A DNA stretch of 40,454 nucleotides from a virus (lineage: Duplodnaviria > Caudoviricetes), in the IMG/VR virus record IMGVR_UViG_3300044805_000038, positions 1-40,454 of that record. The stretch is one strand, 5' to 3'. A program made the translations under genes and the position numbers. Under the pieces are notes generated by a model. That model saw only the letters and a list, made by a program, of their open reading frames with translations, made no database searches and was not told the DNA's origin. Every line of letters starts with the position of its first letter. The stretch's first letter is position 1. Shown piece by piece: positions 7,436 through 14,369 of this stretch.

Positions 7436-7695
7436 CCAACTTCACCTTGATGGTCAACAAAAAGGTCAAAGGCGAAGACCATACGACAGTGCTGCGCTGT
7501 GCCGTATGGGGTCCACGCGCCAAGGTGGTAGGCGACTACCTGACCAAAGGTGCTCAAGTCACCGTTACTGGGCAGGCATACGTTGAGACCTTTGCACGGA
7601 AGGACGGCAGCCCTGGCGCTTCCTTGGATGTAGCGGTCAATGATTTTTCACTGCCTGCCAAGACAAAGGTTGCAGTAGACGACATGCCGTTCTAG
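7363..7695 (+). CDS. ssb: Single-stranded DNA-binding protein
   Basis: GNLAADPEL, YLTKGAQVTVTG and the acidic DDMPF tail. Confidence 0.93.
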   Translation: MLQITAVGNLAADPELKTIGDREVANFTLMVNKKVKGEDHTTVLRCAVWGPRAKVVGDYLTKGAQVTVTGQAYVETFARKDGSPGASLDVAVNDFSLPAKTKVAVDDMPF

Positions 7696-7701
7696 GGTCT
7701 C

Positions 7702-7723
7702 GGGGGCTCTGCCCCCTTTTTTT
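7702..7723 (+). terminator. Intrinsic terminator after ssb
   Basis: GGGGGC-TCT-GCCCCC followed by a T run. Confidence 0.8.
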
Positions 7724-7731
7724 ATGATCGG

Positions 7732-8658
7732 ATGTCGGACCCTCTGCGCGATTACCTAAACCAGATCGGCAAAATCCCGCTGCTAACCGCTGCCGAGGAG
7801 ATTGAGCTGGGTCATGCCGTGCAGCGGATGGTGGCACTCAGATCAAAGCAGGAACACAGCAGAGAGGAGCTGCGGCACATCAAAGCAGGCATCCGGGCAA
7901 AAAAACGGATGATCCAAGGGAACCTGCGGCTGGTGATTGGCATCGCGTCAAAGTACAAGCACCTTGCAAACCGCGTCACTCTGCACGACCTAGTGCAGGA
8001 AGGCAATATTGGTTTGATCCGTGCGGTTGAGCTGTTTGATCCAGAGCGCGGCTACAAGTTTTCGACGTATGCGTACTGGTGGATCCGTCAGGGCATCATG
8101 CGTTCAATTCAAGTACAGGACCGGATCATTAAGTTGCCGTCAGGCGCTAGCGACATCCTGCGCAAGGTCAAAACTTACATGGTTGAGCATCAGGACCTTT
8201 ACGGTGAGCCGCCTTCCATTGAGCAATGCGCTGCACATGCTGGCGTTGCACCTAATACCCTACGGGATTACATGCATAGCGCACAGGATGCTGTGAGCCT
8301 TGACGCAAAAGCAAGAACGCAAAATGAGGATGGCAGCTCAATCCTTGATTTAATAGCTGCCGAAAATGAAAAGCCTGAGGATGATTTAATTTTGACAACC
8401 AAGGTGCAAGCCGTTCAACAAGCACTTTCGTATATGTGCGAAAACAGCAAAATGATTCTGAGTATGCGTTATGGGCTAGACGGTGAGGAACCTTGCTCCA
8501 AGCGTGAGATTGCCCGAAGGATAGGTATCGCGCAGGACACTACCGCTAGGTTGCTTGTTAACGCAGAGCGGCAACTAAGGCTGATCCTAAAAGAGGGACC
8601 GCCGGGAAAGTATCAACCACAGAAACACAGCTCCAGCTTGATCTGGGGTTGGGGGTAA
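7732..8658 (+). CDS. RpoD-family (cyanobacterial group-2-like) RNA polymerase sigma factor
   Basis: YLNQIGKIPLLTAAEEIEL, NLRLV, DLVQEGNIGLIRAVELFDPERGYKFSTYAYWWIRQ; no region 1.1. Confidence 0.93.
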   Translation: MSDPLRDYLNQIGKIPLLTAAEEIELGHAVQRMVALRSKQEHSREELRHIKAGIRAKKRMIQGNLRLVIGIASKYKHLANRVTLHDLVQEGNIGLIRAVELFDPERGYKFSTYAYWWIRQGIMRSIQVQDRIIKLPSGASDILRKVKTYMVEHQDLYGEPPSIEQCAAHAGVAPNTLRDYMHSAQDAVSLDAKARTQNEDGSSILDLIAAENEKPEDDLILTTKVQAVQQALSYMCENSKMILSMRYGLDGEEPCSKREIARRIGIAQDTTARLLVNAERQLRLILKEGPPGKYQPQKHSSSLIWGWG

Positions 8659-8661
8659 GCC

Positions 8662-8910
8662 ATGTCAGTTAACAGAATGGGGCCGCCGTGTCCTGCTTGC
8701 GGTTCTTTGACTACTGATGTCATGCGCACTTGCCGCAGTGAAACAGGAGATTTTCATCGCCGCCGTGAATGCCCATGCTGTAATCATCGGTTCAATACAA
8801 TTCAGATGAGAGAACTTTTGGCACCACCAACGAGCGCCAAATGGAAAGATCGCAAGGTCACAATCAACTGGCGTCGTGTCAGCAAACAACTGCTTAGCCT
8901 GTTGCAATGA
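8662..8910 (+). CDS. Zinc-ribbon protein (NrdR N-terminal-like)
   Basis: CPACGS..T.V..RRRECPCCNHRFNT; lacks the ATP-cone. Confidence 0.75.
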   Translation: MSVNRMGPPCPACGSLTTDVMRTCRSETGDFHRRRECPCCNHRFNTIQMRELLAPPTSAKWKDRKVTINWRRVSKQLLSLLQ

Positions 8911-9242
8911 AACGCGAGACACTGCACCTGCCGGGTGGGATGTCGGTTGAAACCGGCAAGGATTGGAACGGGCGGTATTTTATCTGTTACGCCAAGACTG
9001 CCAGCGTCATCGTCAGGACAGACAAGGAGATTAAACGCTTCCTGCAGTTGCCCATCAAGACGCCGAGTCGCGATTCTCTCGATTCTTGGTTGGCATCACT
9101 CGCCGCAGCAGACCAAAGCAAAACTCACCAAGCTCCATCACTATCCCAAGAATTATCAGCAGAACATTTACAAACGGGTTTTGGACCCGAGTGTCATCTT
9201 GATCAATCTGACCCGAATCATCAGACTCGGACGATAATTTAA
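8907..9242 (+). CDS. Hypothetical protein
   Basis: ATGA-coupled; its 3' part overlaps a convergent ORF. Confidence 0.55.
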   Translation: MKRETLHLPGGMSVETGKDWNGRYFICYAKTASVIVRTDKEIKRFLQLPIKTPSRDSLDSWLASLAAADQSKTHQAPSLSQELSAEHLQTGFGPECHLDQSDPNHQTRTII

Positions 9243-9459
9243 CATTATCGCCAAAGGTCATAATCATCTCAAGTTCAGCAATGTGCCCTGTGGCTTGCCT
9301 GACCAACTTGGTGTAGTAAGCATTTTGCTTGACGAGGGATGAGCAAAGATGCGCTAACTGCTCAATGTCTTCGCAGCGATACGCTGATCTGCATTGATTC
9401 TCCAAACGCAGTTCTTCCTCTACGGAGAACTCAACGACCATCCACTGCCCCCAAGTCAT
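9055..9459 (-). CDS. Hypothetical protein with coiled coil and C-terminal hydrophobic segment
   Basis: MTWGQWMVVEFSVEEELRLE...; last gene of the leftward late unit. Confidence 0.55.
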   Translation of the reverse strand: MTWGQWMVVEFSVEEELRLENQCRSAYRCEDIEQLAHLCSSLVKQNAYYTKLVRQATGHIAELEMIMTFGDNVKLSSESDDSGQIDQDDTRVQNPFVNVLLIILGIVMELGEFCFGLLRRVMPTKNRENRDSAS

Positions 9460-9522
9460 TGGTTTTAGGCATATCAATCACGGTAGCGAGGGAAGCTAAC
9501 CTTGGCTTGTCGCGCAGTTTTT

Positions 9523-10749
9523 ATGGCTTCCATCTCCAAGGCTGGTCTCTCGCTAATTAAAGAGTTTGAGGGGTGCAGACTGACCTCTTATACCTGCGCT
9601 GCTGGAGTGCTGACCATTGGCTATGGCAGCACTGGTCCGCACGTTACGCCAGGCAAAACCATTACCCAAGCCGAAGCTGATGCGCTGCTGCTAAAAGATG
9701 TGGCGCGGTTTGAAAAGGGCGTGGATGACCTGATTACTGTGCCGCTGAAGCAGTGCCAGTTTGATGCACTGGTCAGCTTTGCCTTCAACTGCGGCAATGG
9801 CGCACTGGAGGAATCAACACTCCGCAAGCGGCTAAACGCAGGCGAGGACCCGAACACCGTCGCCAAAGAGGAGCTGCCGCGTTGGACAAATAAGGGCTTG
9901 GCAGGTTTGGTGCGTCGCCGGACGGCTGAGGTCAATATGTTCTGCTCCGGTGGCGGTGCGGCAACAGCAGCAAAGACCACGGACCTGACCGCTACCAATA
10001 ACACCCTGCTAAAAAAGGAGCCGGTGCCTAGCTCTGAGCTGGAAGACAACGAAAAATCGGAGATCGACAAGGGCAAGGCGTTTAAGGGTGCCAAGGTCCT
10101 AGCTACCCAAGACAACCACACCCAAGTTGAACTGCCTTACGGGCTTGGGACTTGGTGGCTCTTTGATGGGCACTGGGCTGAGCTGGATGGCAAAGAGGAC
10201 AAGCCCGAGCCTGCCGGTGATGGCAGCGTCAACCTTGCCGTGCCGTACTTCAACCAAGTTGACAACTACACGCAAGCCCAGCGGACCTGCAATAGTTCAA
10301 GCTGTGCCATGTGCTTGGCGTTCCTAATGCCAGGCAAAATCAAGGGCGATGATGATTACTTGCGCAAGCTGCTAACAGGCGGCTATGGCGACACCACCGA
10401 CCACGGCGCTCAAGGCAGACTGCTGGCGTCGTATGGCTTGAAGTCAACTTGGCACACCAACCTCGGCTTTGATGACCTAGAGAAGGAAATCAAGGCAGGT
10501 CGCCCGGTGGTGATTGGCATCCTGCATCGCGGCAGCCTTGCCGCACCGACAGGCGGTCACATGCTGGTAGTACGTGGCATTACTGCCAAGGGTGACTTCA
10601 TCGTCAATGACCCCTACGGCAGCGTCAACGATGGCTACAGCGGTCCTGTAACCAACGGCAATCAGGCTGTTTATAGCCGCGCCATGCTGCAAAAGCGGTG
10701 GCTGCCTGAGGGTGCCAAATCGGGCTGGGGCAGGAAGTTCCAGCCCTAG
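9523..10749 (+). CDS. Endolysin: GH24 lysozyme plus C39-like peptidase domain
   Basis: LIKEFEGCRLTSY..LTIGYGST, QFDALVSFAFN.G, GLVRRRTAE; C-terminal VPYFNQ..CNSSSCAM..GHMLVV.G..VNDPYG. Confidence 0.88.
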   Translation: MASISKAGLSLIKEFEGCRLTSYTCAAGVLTIGYGSTGPHVTPGKTITQAEADALLLKDVARFEKGVDDLITVPLKQCQFDALVSFAFNCGNGALEESTLRKRLNAGEDPNTVAKEELPRWTNKGLAGLVRRRTAEVNMFCSGGGAATAAKTTDLTATNNTLLKKEPVPSSELEDNEKSEIDKGKAFKGAKVLATQDNHTQVELPYGLGTWWLFDGHWAELDGKEDKPEPAGDGSVNLAVPYFNQVDNYTQAQRTCNSSSCAMCLAFLMPGKIKGDDDYLRKLLTGGYGDTTDHGAQGRLLASYGLKSTWHTNLGFDDLEKEIKAGRPVVIGILHRGSLAAPTGGHMLVVRGITAKGDFIVNDPYGSVNDGYSGPVTNGNQAVYSRAMLQKRWLPEGAKSGWGRKFQP

Positions 10750-10910
10750 CCAGTGCGCTTGCCTGACTGGCTCCACACCTTGAACCAACTGTTCTTGCGG
10801 GTAAAGAGACTGTCGGGCAGACGCTCCTCTAGCTCGGCAATAGCGGCTCGATGATACGGGTCGCTTCTGTCGAAGTTCTCAAAGAACTTAATAAGCTGCA
10901 GCTCCTTCAC
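10746..10910 (-). CDS. Small lysis-region protein (54 aa)
   Basis: Manual: MKELQLIKFFENFDRSDPYHRAAIAELEERLPDSLFTRKNSWFKVWSQSGKRTG; GTGA overlap with the upstream gene. Confidence 0.6.
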   Translation of the reverse strand: MKELQLIKFFENFDRSDPYHRAAIAELEERLPDSLFTRKNSWFKVWSQSGKRTG

Positions 10911-11047
10911 CGACGCTTGGGCAGCGTCAACTTGAGCACCTGCAGGATCAACTGCACCCAGCTGTTGGACTTCAGCGGGGACATGCCGATGATTTCCGAA
11001 CCAGCGGCAACGACAACCCCAGCGATGGCAAGCTGTTCAGCGGTCAT
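10907..11047 (-). CDS. Putative holin-like membrane protein (46 aa)
   Basis: Manual: MTAEQLAIAGVVVAAGSEIIGMSPLKSNSWVQLILQVLKLTLPKRR; hydrophobic with a basic tail, close to the lysin. Confidence 0.55.
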   Translation of the reverse strand: MTAEQLAIAGVVVAAGSEIIGMSPLKSNSWVQLILQVLKLTLPKRR

Positions 11048-11070
11048 ACAAATAAAGCAGACACCTCAGA

Positions 11071-11313
11071 CTAAGGCTTGACCTCAAGTTTGGCGATCCG
11101 CTGCTCGATCTGGTTTAACCGACCGAAAACTTCTACGCGATCAGTACGGAAGTCGTCGTGCAGTTGCTGGATCTTTTCAGCAACGCTTTCTACTGCCATC
11201 GTCAGCCTGAGCACAGAGTCCCGGCTTTCGCCGCTGCGGCGTGAAACACCTGTGAAAGCCATTGCCGCTACAGAGATGCTGGCTCCTGTAACAGCAGCAA
11301 GAATCTCAACCAC
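11071..11313 (-). CDS. Membrane-anchored coiled-coil protein (lysis region)
   Basis: N-terminal hydrophobic helix followed by a heptad region ending RLNQIEQRIAKLE. Confidence 0.65.
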   Translation of the reverse strand: MVEILAAVTGASISVAAMAFTGVSRRSGESRDSVLRLTMAVESVAEKIQQLHDDFRTDRVEVFGRLNQIEQRIAKLEVKP

Positions 11314-11340
11314 GTTCAGGGCTCTAGCTACGCTCTCATT

Positions 11341-11589
11341 ATGGCAACACCTCGGCGCCGGTCCCCTAATAACACTCGGATTGCCGAGCTGGTCCGGCTG
11401 TCGGTGCTGACATGGACCGCAACCTTATTGACTGCCAGCTATGCCGGTTTGCTGCCTAAAATGGACCCTACCTTTATTGCCAGCATCTTTACAGGCTCGT
11501 TGGCTTGGTACGGCATTAGCAAGATGGAACGCGATGAAACATCGGCTCCTACAGTGAAACCATCGCGTCCACCTGCAAAAAAGCCATGA
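11341..11589 (+). CDS. Two-helix membrane protein
   Basis: VRLSVLTWTATLLTASY and DPTFIASIFTGSLAWYGI. Confidence 0.7.
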   Translation: MATPRRRSPNNTRIAELVRLSVLTWTATLLTASYAGLLPKMDPTFIASIFTGSLAWYGISKMERDETSAPTVKPSRPPAKKP

Positions 11590-11942
11590 AATGGCGCCTT
11601 CTGCTGCTGGTCTTGGTGTTTCCCGTTCCGGCAATGGCTCAGTCGGTCACGCCCAACTTCACCCAGGGCAGCATGACCAGCACGACCACCACAACGCAGA
11701 CCATCAACGAAACGATCCAGACGCAGGTCTTTGGTGGCGCTTATCGCAGTGTGTCAGCCACCAACGTGACGCCAAGCGGGGACATCAACGCCGCTGGTAC
11801 TACCTTCAGCGTTACAACCCCTGGCAATACCTACAGCTTGGAAGTGGTAACCCGTGCCGCTGGCATCGTCGAACAGACAGACATCACCCGCACCATTACA
11901 ACCAACGCCACCACCAACTCGCTGTCTGTCTTCTCGCAGTAG
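11586..11942 (+). CDS. Secreted Thr-rich beta protein
   Basis: Sec-type signal MKWRLLLLVLVFPVPAMA; PNFTQGSMTSTT; C-terminal SLSVFSQ. Confidence 0.75.
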   Translation: MKWRLLLLVLVFPVPAMAQSVTPNFTQGSMTSTTTTTQTINETIQTQVFGGAYRSVSATNVTPSGDINAAGTTFSVTTPGNTYSLEVVTRAAGIVEQTDITRTITTNATTNSLSVFSQ

Positions 11943-12448
11943 TCCTAGCCTTGCCAGCCAAGGCACAAGAAAGCGGCGGCACCACGGCAATCGCTAATCC
12001 TGTGGCGACCTCAACCGGCAGCGTGAGTAATCAAGCTGTCCAGATCAATCAAGGTAGTTACAGCCAACAAGGCTTTGGTGGCGGGCACATTTGCAATAGC
12101 GCCACCATGGTGTTCACGCCCTTTTACTTGGGCAACGATATATATCAATTAGAAGCGCCTTACACGCGCAACGCTAACTTCGGCGCACAGGTCAGCCTCA
12201 GTGTGCCGTTGGACTTTGAGATGGTCAACCTGTGTAAGCAGCTAGCTAAACGCAAGCTAGAGAAGGAGCGGCTGGACTACGAACTGGTGCGTCTGATCAA
12301 ATGCACCGAGGTCATGAAGAGTGGTTTTACTTTTGCGCCGGGATCGCCGTTTGCAACGATCTGCGGTGACGTTGTGCCAATCGCTGCCGCGCCCAAGACT
12401 TCACCGGCTTCCCCCGCATCTTCTGCAACCGCTTCACCGCAACGCTAA
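11900..12448 (+). CDS. Secreted/outer-membrane-associated protein; start unresolved
   Basis: C-terminal part of ORF 11591-12448: signal-like LAVCLLAVVLALPAKA, ANPVATSTGSVSNQAVQIN, NFGAQVSLSVPLD, Cys pairs. The start coordinate is approximate. Confidence 0.6.
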   Translation, partial: NQRHHQLAVCLLAVVLALPAKAQESGGTTAIANPVATSTGSVSNQAVQINQGSYSQQGFGGGHICNSATMVFTPFYLGNDIYQLEAPYTRNANFGAQVSLSVPLDFEMVNLCKQLAKRKLEKERLDYELVRLIKCTEVMKSGFTFAPGSPFATICGDVVPIAAAPKTSPASPASSATASPQR

Positions 12449-12917
12449 TCACCGGCTTGAAGAGCGACACCAACCGCTTGAACAATGCTGTCGCACCAAG
12501 CGTGGCGGCAACACTGATCACACTGGTGGTTGCTGCGGCGCTCAAAATCTCCGCCTTTGGCACAGGGATTTGTATTGCGGTGCCCGGTAATGTGATTGTG
12601 GTTGTCTCTGCGCTAGTTGGTTGTGCAGGAGCCTCAATCGTTTTGGCTGGTTCTTTTTCGGGCGACGGCTCCCACGCTGGCGGGGGTTGGATTGCTATTG
12701 GCGGTATTGATGCCGGTGTTATGGCTAATGTCGCAGCAGGTTTCTCAGGAGGTTGCTCCTGGCTCGCGGGTGGTATGCCTACGTCGTTGACCGGGGCGTA
12801 GGGATACACCATCGGCGTATAAGAAGGCACCACCGCCCGAGGTAATTCCAGCCATGGCGCTGGGATCTCAGGCGGATTAGCAAGTGGCAGTGCCGGCAGC
12901 AGGACCGGCGGTTGCAT
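12327..12917 (-). CDS. Pro-rich membrane-anchored protein
   Basis: Pro-rich N-terminus, IQIPVPKAEILSAAATTSVISVAATL hydrophobic helix, basic C-terminus. Confidence 0.65.
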   Translation of the reverse strand: MQPPVLLPALPLANPPEIPAPWLELPRAVVPSYTPMVYPYAPVNDVGIPPASQEQPPEKPAATLAITPASIPPIAIQPPPAWEPSPEKEPAKTIEAPAQPTSAETTTITLPGTAIQIPVPKAEILSAAATTSVISVAATLGATALFKRLVSLFKPVISVAVKRLQKMRGKPVKSWARQRLAQRHRRSLQTAIPAQK

Positions 12918-13054
12918 TAACCCTTACCTTGGCCGCGCATCTTTTTCCTGCCGTGATTAGGCAAGCTGTGTTGACCTTGGCCTTGCCGAGATTTTTTCGG
13001 CTTGCCTGGTACGTGCTCGATGCGAGCGGTGCCGGTCTTCGACTTCACTGCCAT
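12917..13054 (-). CDS. Small basic protein (45 aa)
   Basis: Manual: MAVKSKTGTARIEHVPGKPKKSRQGQGQHSLPNHGRKKMRGQGKG; TAATG coupling to the next gene. Confidence 0.65.
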   Translation of the reverse strand: MAVKSKTGTARIEHVPGKPKKSRQGQGQHSLPNHGRKKMRGQGKG

Positions 13055-13365
13055 GGCACACCAGCAGCCTGCGTCGGATGCCGCTGTTCATCGAGCTGGT
13101 GCTGCAGGGCGCCCTCGATCTCGGTCACCTTCTCAGCGCCGAAGTTGTCCTTCACCCAGCCGATCACCATCTCCTCGGTGAGATCCGCAAAAGGGATCAG
13201 CTTGTCGGGGCGCTCGAAGCCGACAGATCCATAGGCCGAGCTGGCATAGGTGCCATCTTCAGCCGAGAGCGTCCAGTGTGCCGTCAGAACGAATCCATCG
13301 GCGGTCTCCCGCTCAAGATTCGCGATCCGCCAGGTGAAGGTGGTGCTAGGGGTAGCGTTGGGCAT
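13045..13365 (-). CDS. Conserved phage protein usually found next to tail fibres (possible fibre assembly factor)
   Basis: FTWRIANLERETADGFV..AHW..IPFADLTEEMVIGWVK..GVPW pattern. Confidence 0.65.
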   Translation of the reverse strand: MPNATPSTTFTWRIANLERETADGFVLTAHWTLSAEDGTYASSAYGSVGFERPDKLIPFADLTEEMVIGWVKDNFGAEKVTEIEGALQHQLDEQRHPTQAAGVPWQ

Positions 13366-13392
13366 GGTAATGCGAGCCGTGGCGTCAATCTA

Positions 13393-14247
13393 TCAAATCT
13401 CCGGCAGTTCGTACTCCTTTGTGGTATTGCAATAATGCTTAAAAATTACCTCGCTGGTGTTGCCAGCCCAAGCCGCCACCTGAGGCACAGGGATGCCAGC
13501 CTCGATCCAATGGCTGATCGCAGTGTGTCTGCAGTCATACGGACGGTAGTGGTGTGAGATGAGGCCGACCTGATGCAGTGGTTGCAGCTTCTTGCGGAAG
13601 TAACTCTGAAATGCCAGCCGATCCCAAGGGAACAGATATTCGGACTCTTGTGGCAATGCGTCGAGGATGGCCTGGCACTTGCCGTTCAATGGCACCCATC
13701 GCTTTTTGTTGGTCTTGGTGCTGTCCTTCAAGCCATGGGTAAGCGTCCAGTTCTGATGCACCAAGATCTTGTTGTCTTTAATATCAACCCATCGAAGTGC
13801 GCGGACCTCTCCGGTTCGCATGGCTGTCTGCAACATGAACTCGGTATAGGCCGACCAGTTGACGGTGCGATAGGTCAGCTTTGCCTCTAGGGCAGCCAGC
13901 ACCAAGCCGATCTCGTTGCGCGGGATGACGATGATCTCCTCGTCGCGTTGAGGTGCCTTGGGCATCTTGAAGCTGGCAAGTGGATTCCGCTCCAAATAGC
14001 CAACGTCTTCTTGTGCCGCCCACTTGTACATGGTCTTCGTGTACATCGCAACGCGACGTGAAGACAGCACAGGCTTCTGCCCCAATACCCAGATCATGAC
14101 CTGGCGTGCCTGTTGCAGGTCTTGCACTGGGCAGCGGCCTAGCCACTTGGTTACTTGGCGGTAATCAGATGTGAGACTGGTTGGGCAAAGCGAGATAGAA
14201 CGCTCCGTGAGGAAGGCGTTCCATAACTCGCTGACCGTTAATGCCAC
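13393..14247 (-). CDS. Tyrosine recombinase (284 aa; core-binding plus catalytic domains, no arm-binding domain)
   Basis: TAMRTGEVRALRW (Arg), STKT (Lys), YDCRHT (HxxR variant), WAGNT, KHY (Tyr). Confidence 0.9.
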   Translation of the reverse strand: MALTVSELWNAFLTERSISLCPTSLTSDYRQVTKWLGRCPVQDLQQARQVMIWVLGQKPVLSSRRVAMYTKTMYKWAAQEDVGYLERNPLASFKMPKAPQRDEEIIVIPRNEIGLVLAALEAKLTYRTVNWSAYTEFMLQTAMRTGEVRALRWVDIKDNKILVHQNWTLTHGLKDSTKTNKKRWVPLNGKCQAILDALPQESEYLFPWDRLAFQSYFRKKLQPLHQVGLISHHYRPYDCRHTAISHWIEAGIPVPQVAAWAGNTSEVIFKHYCNTTKEYELPEI

Positions 14248-14366
14248 TAGGTAACTATTTGGGGTGGCAAGTCAAGGCACTGCCGGATCTCCGCCTTGCG
14301 CTGTTCGATGCGCTCCCGGCGCTCTGGGGCAAAATCTTTGGTGAGTTCCGAGAAGGAGCGCGTCAT
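14247..14366 (-). CDS. 39-aa ORF resembling the N-terminus of HigA-type antitoxins, without the HTH
   Basis: Manual: MTRSFSELTKDFAPERRERIEQRKAEIRQCLDLPPQIVT; stop overlaps the recombinase GTG. Confidence 0.5.
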   Translation of the reverse strand: MTRSFSELTKDFAPERRERIEQRKAEIRQCLDLPPQIVT

Positions 14367-14369
14367 GGG

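Noticed and set aside
14239-14262. A full TAG-N9-CTA site at the recombinase start
   Set aside because: Only half-site-like TAGT copies (ATAGTTACCTAGTG) are present and the 9-nt spacing is not met, so it was not counted.
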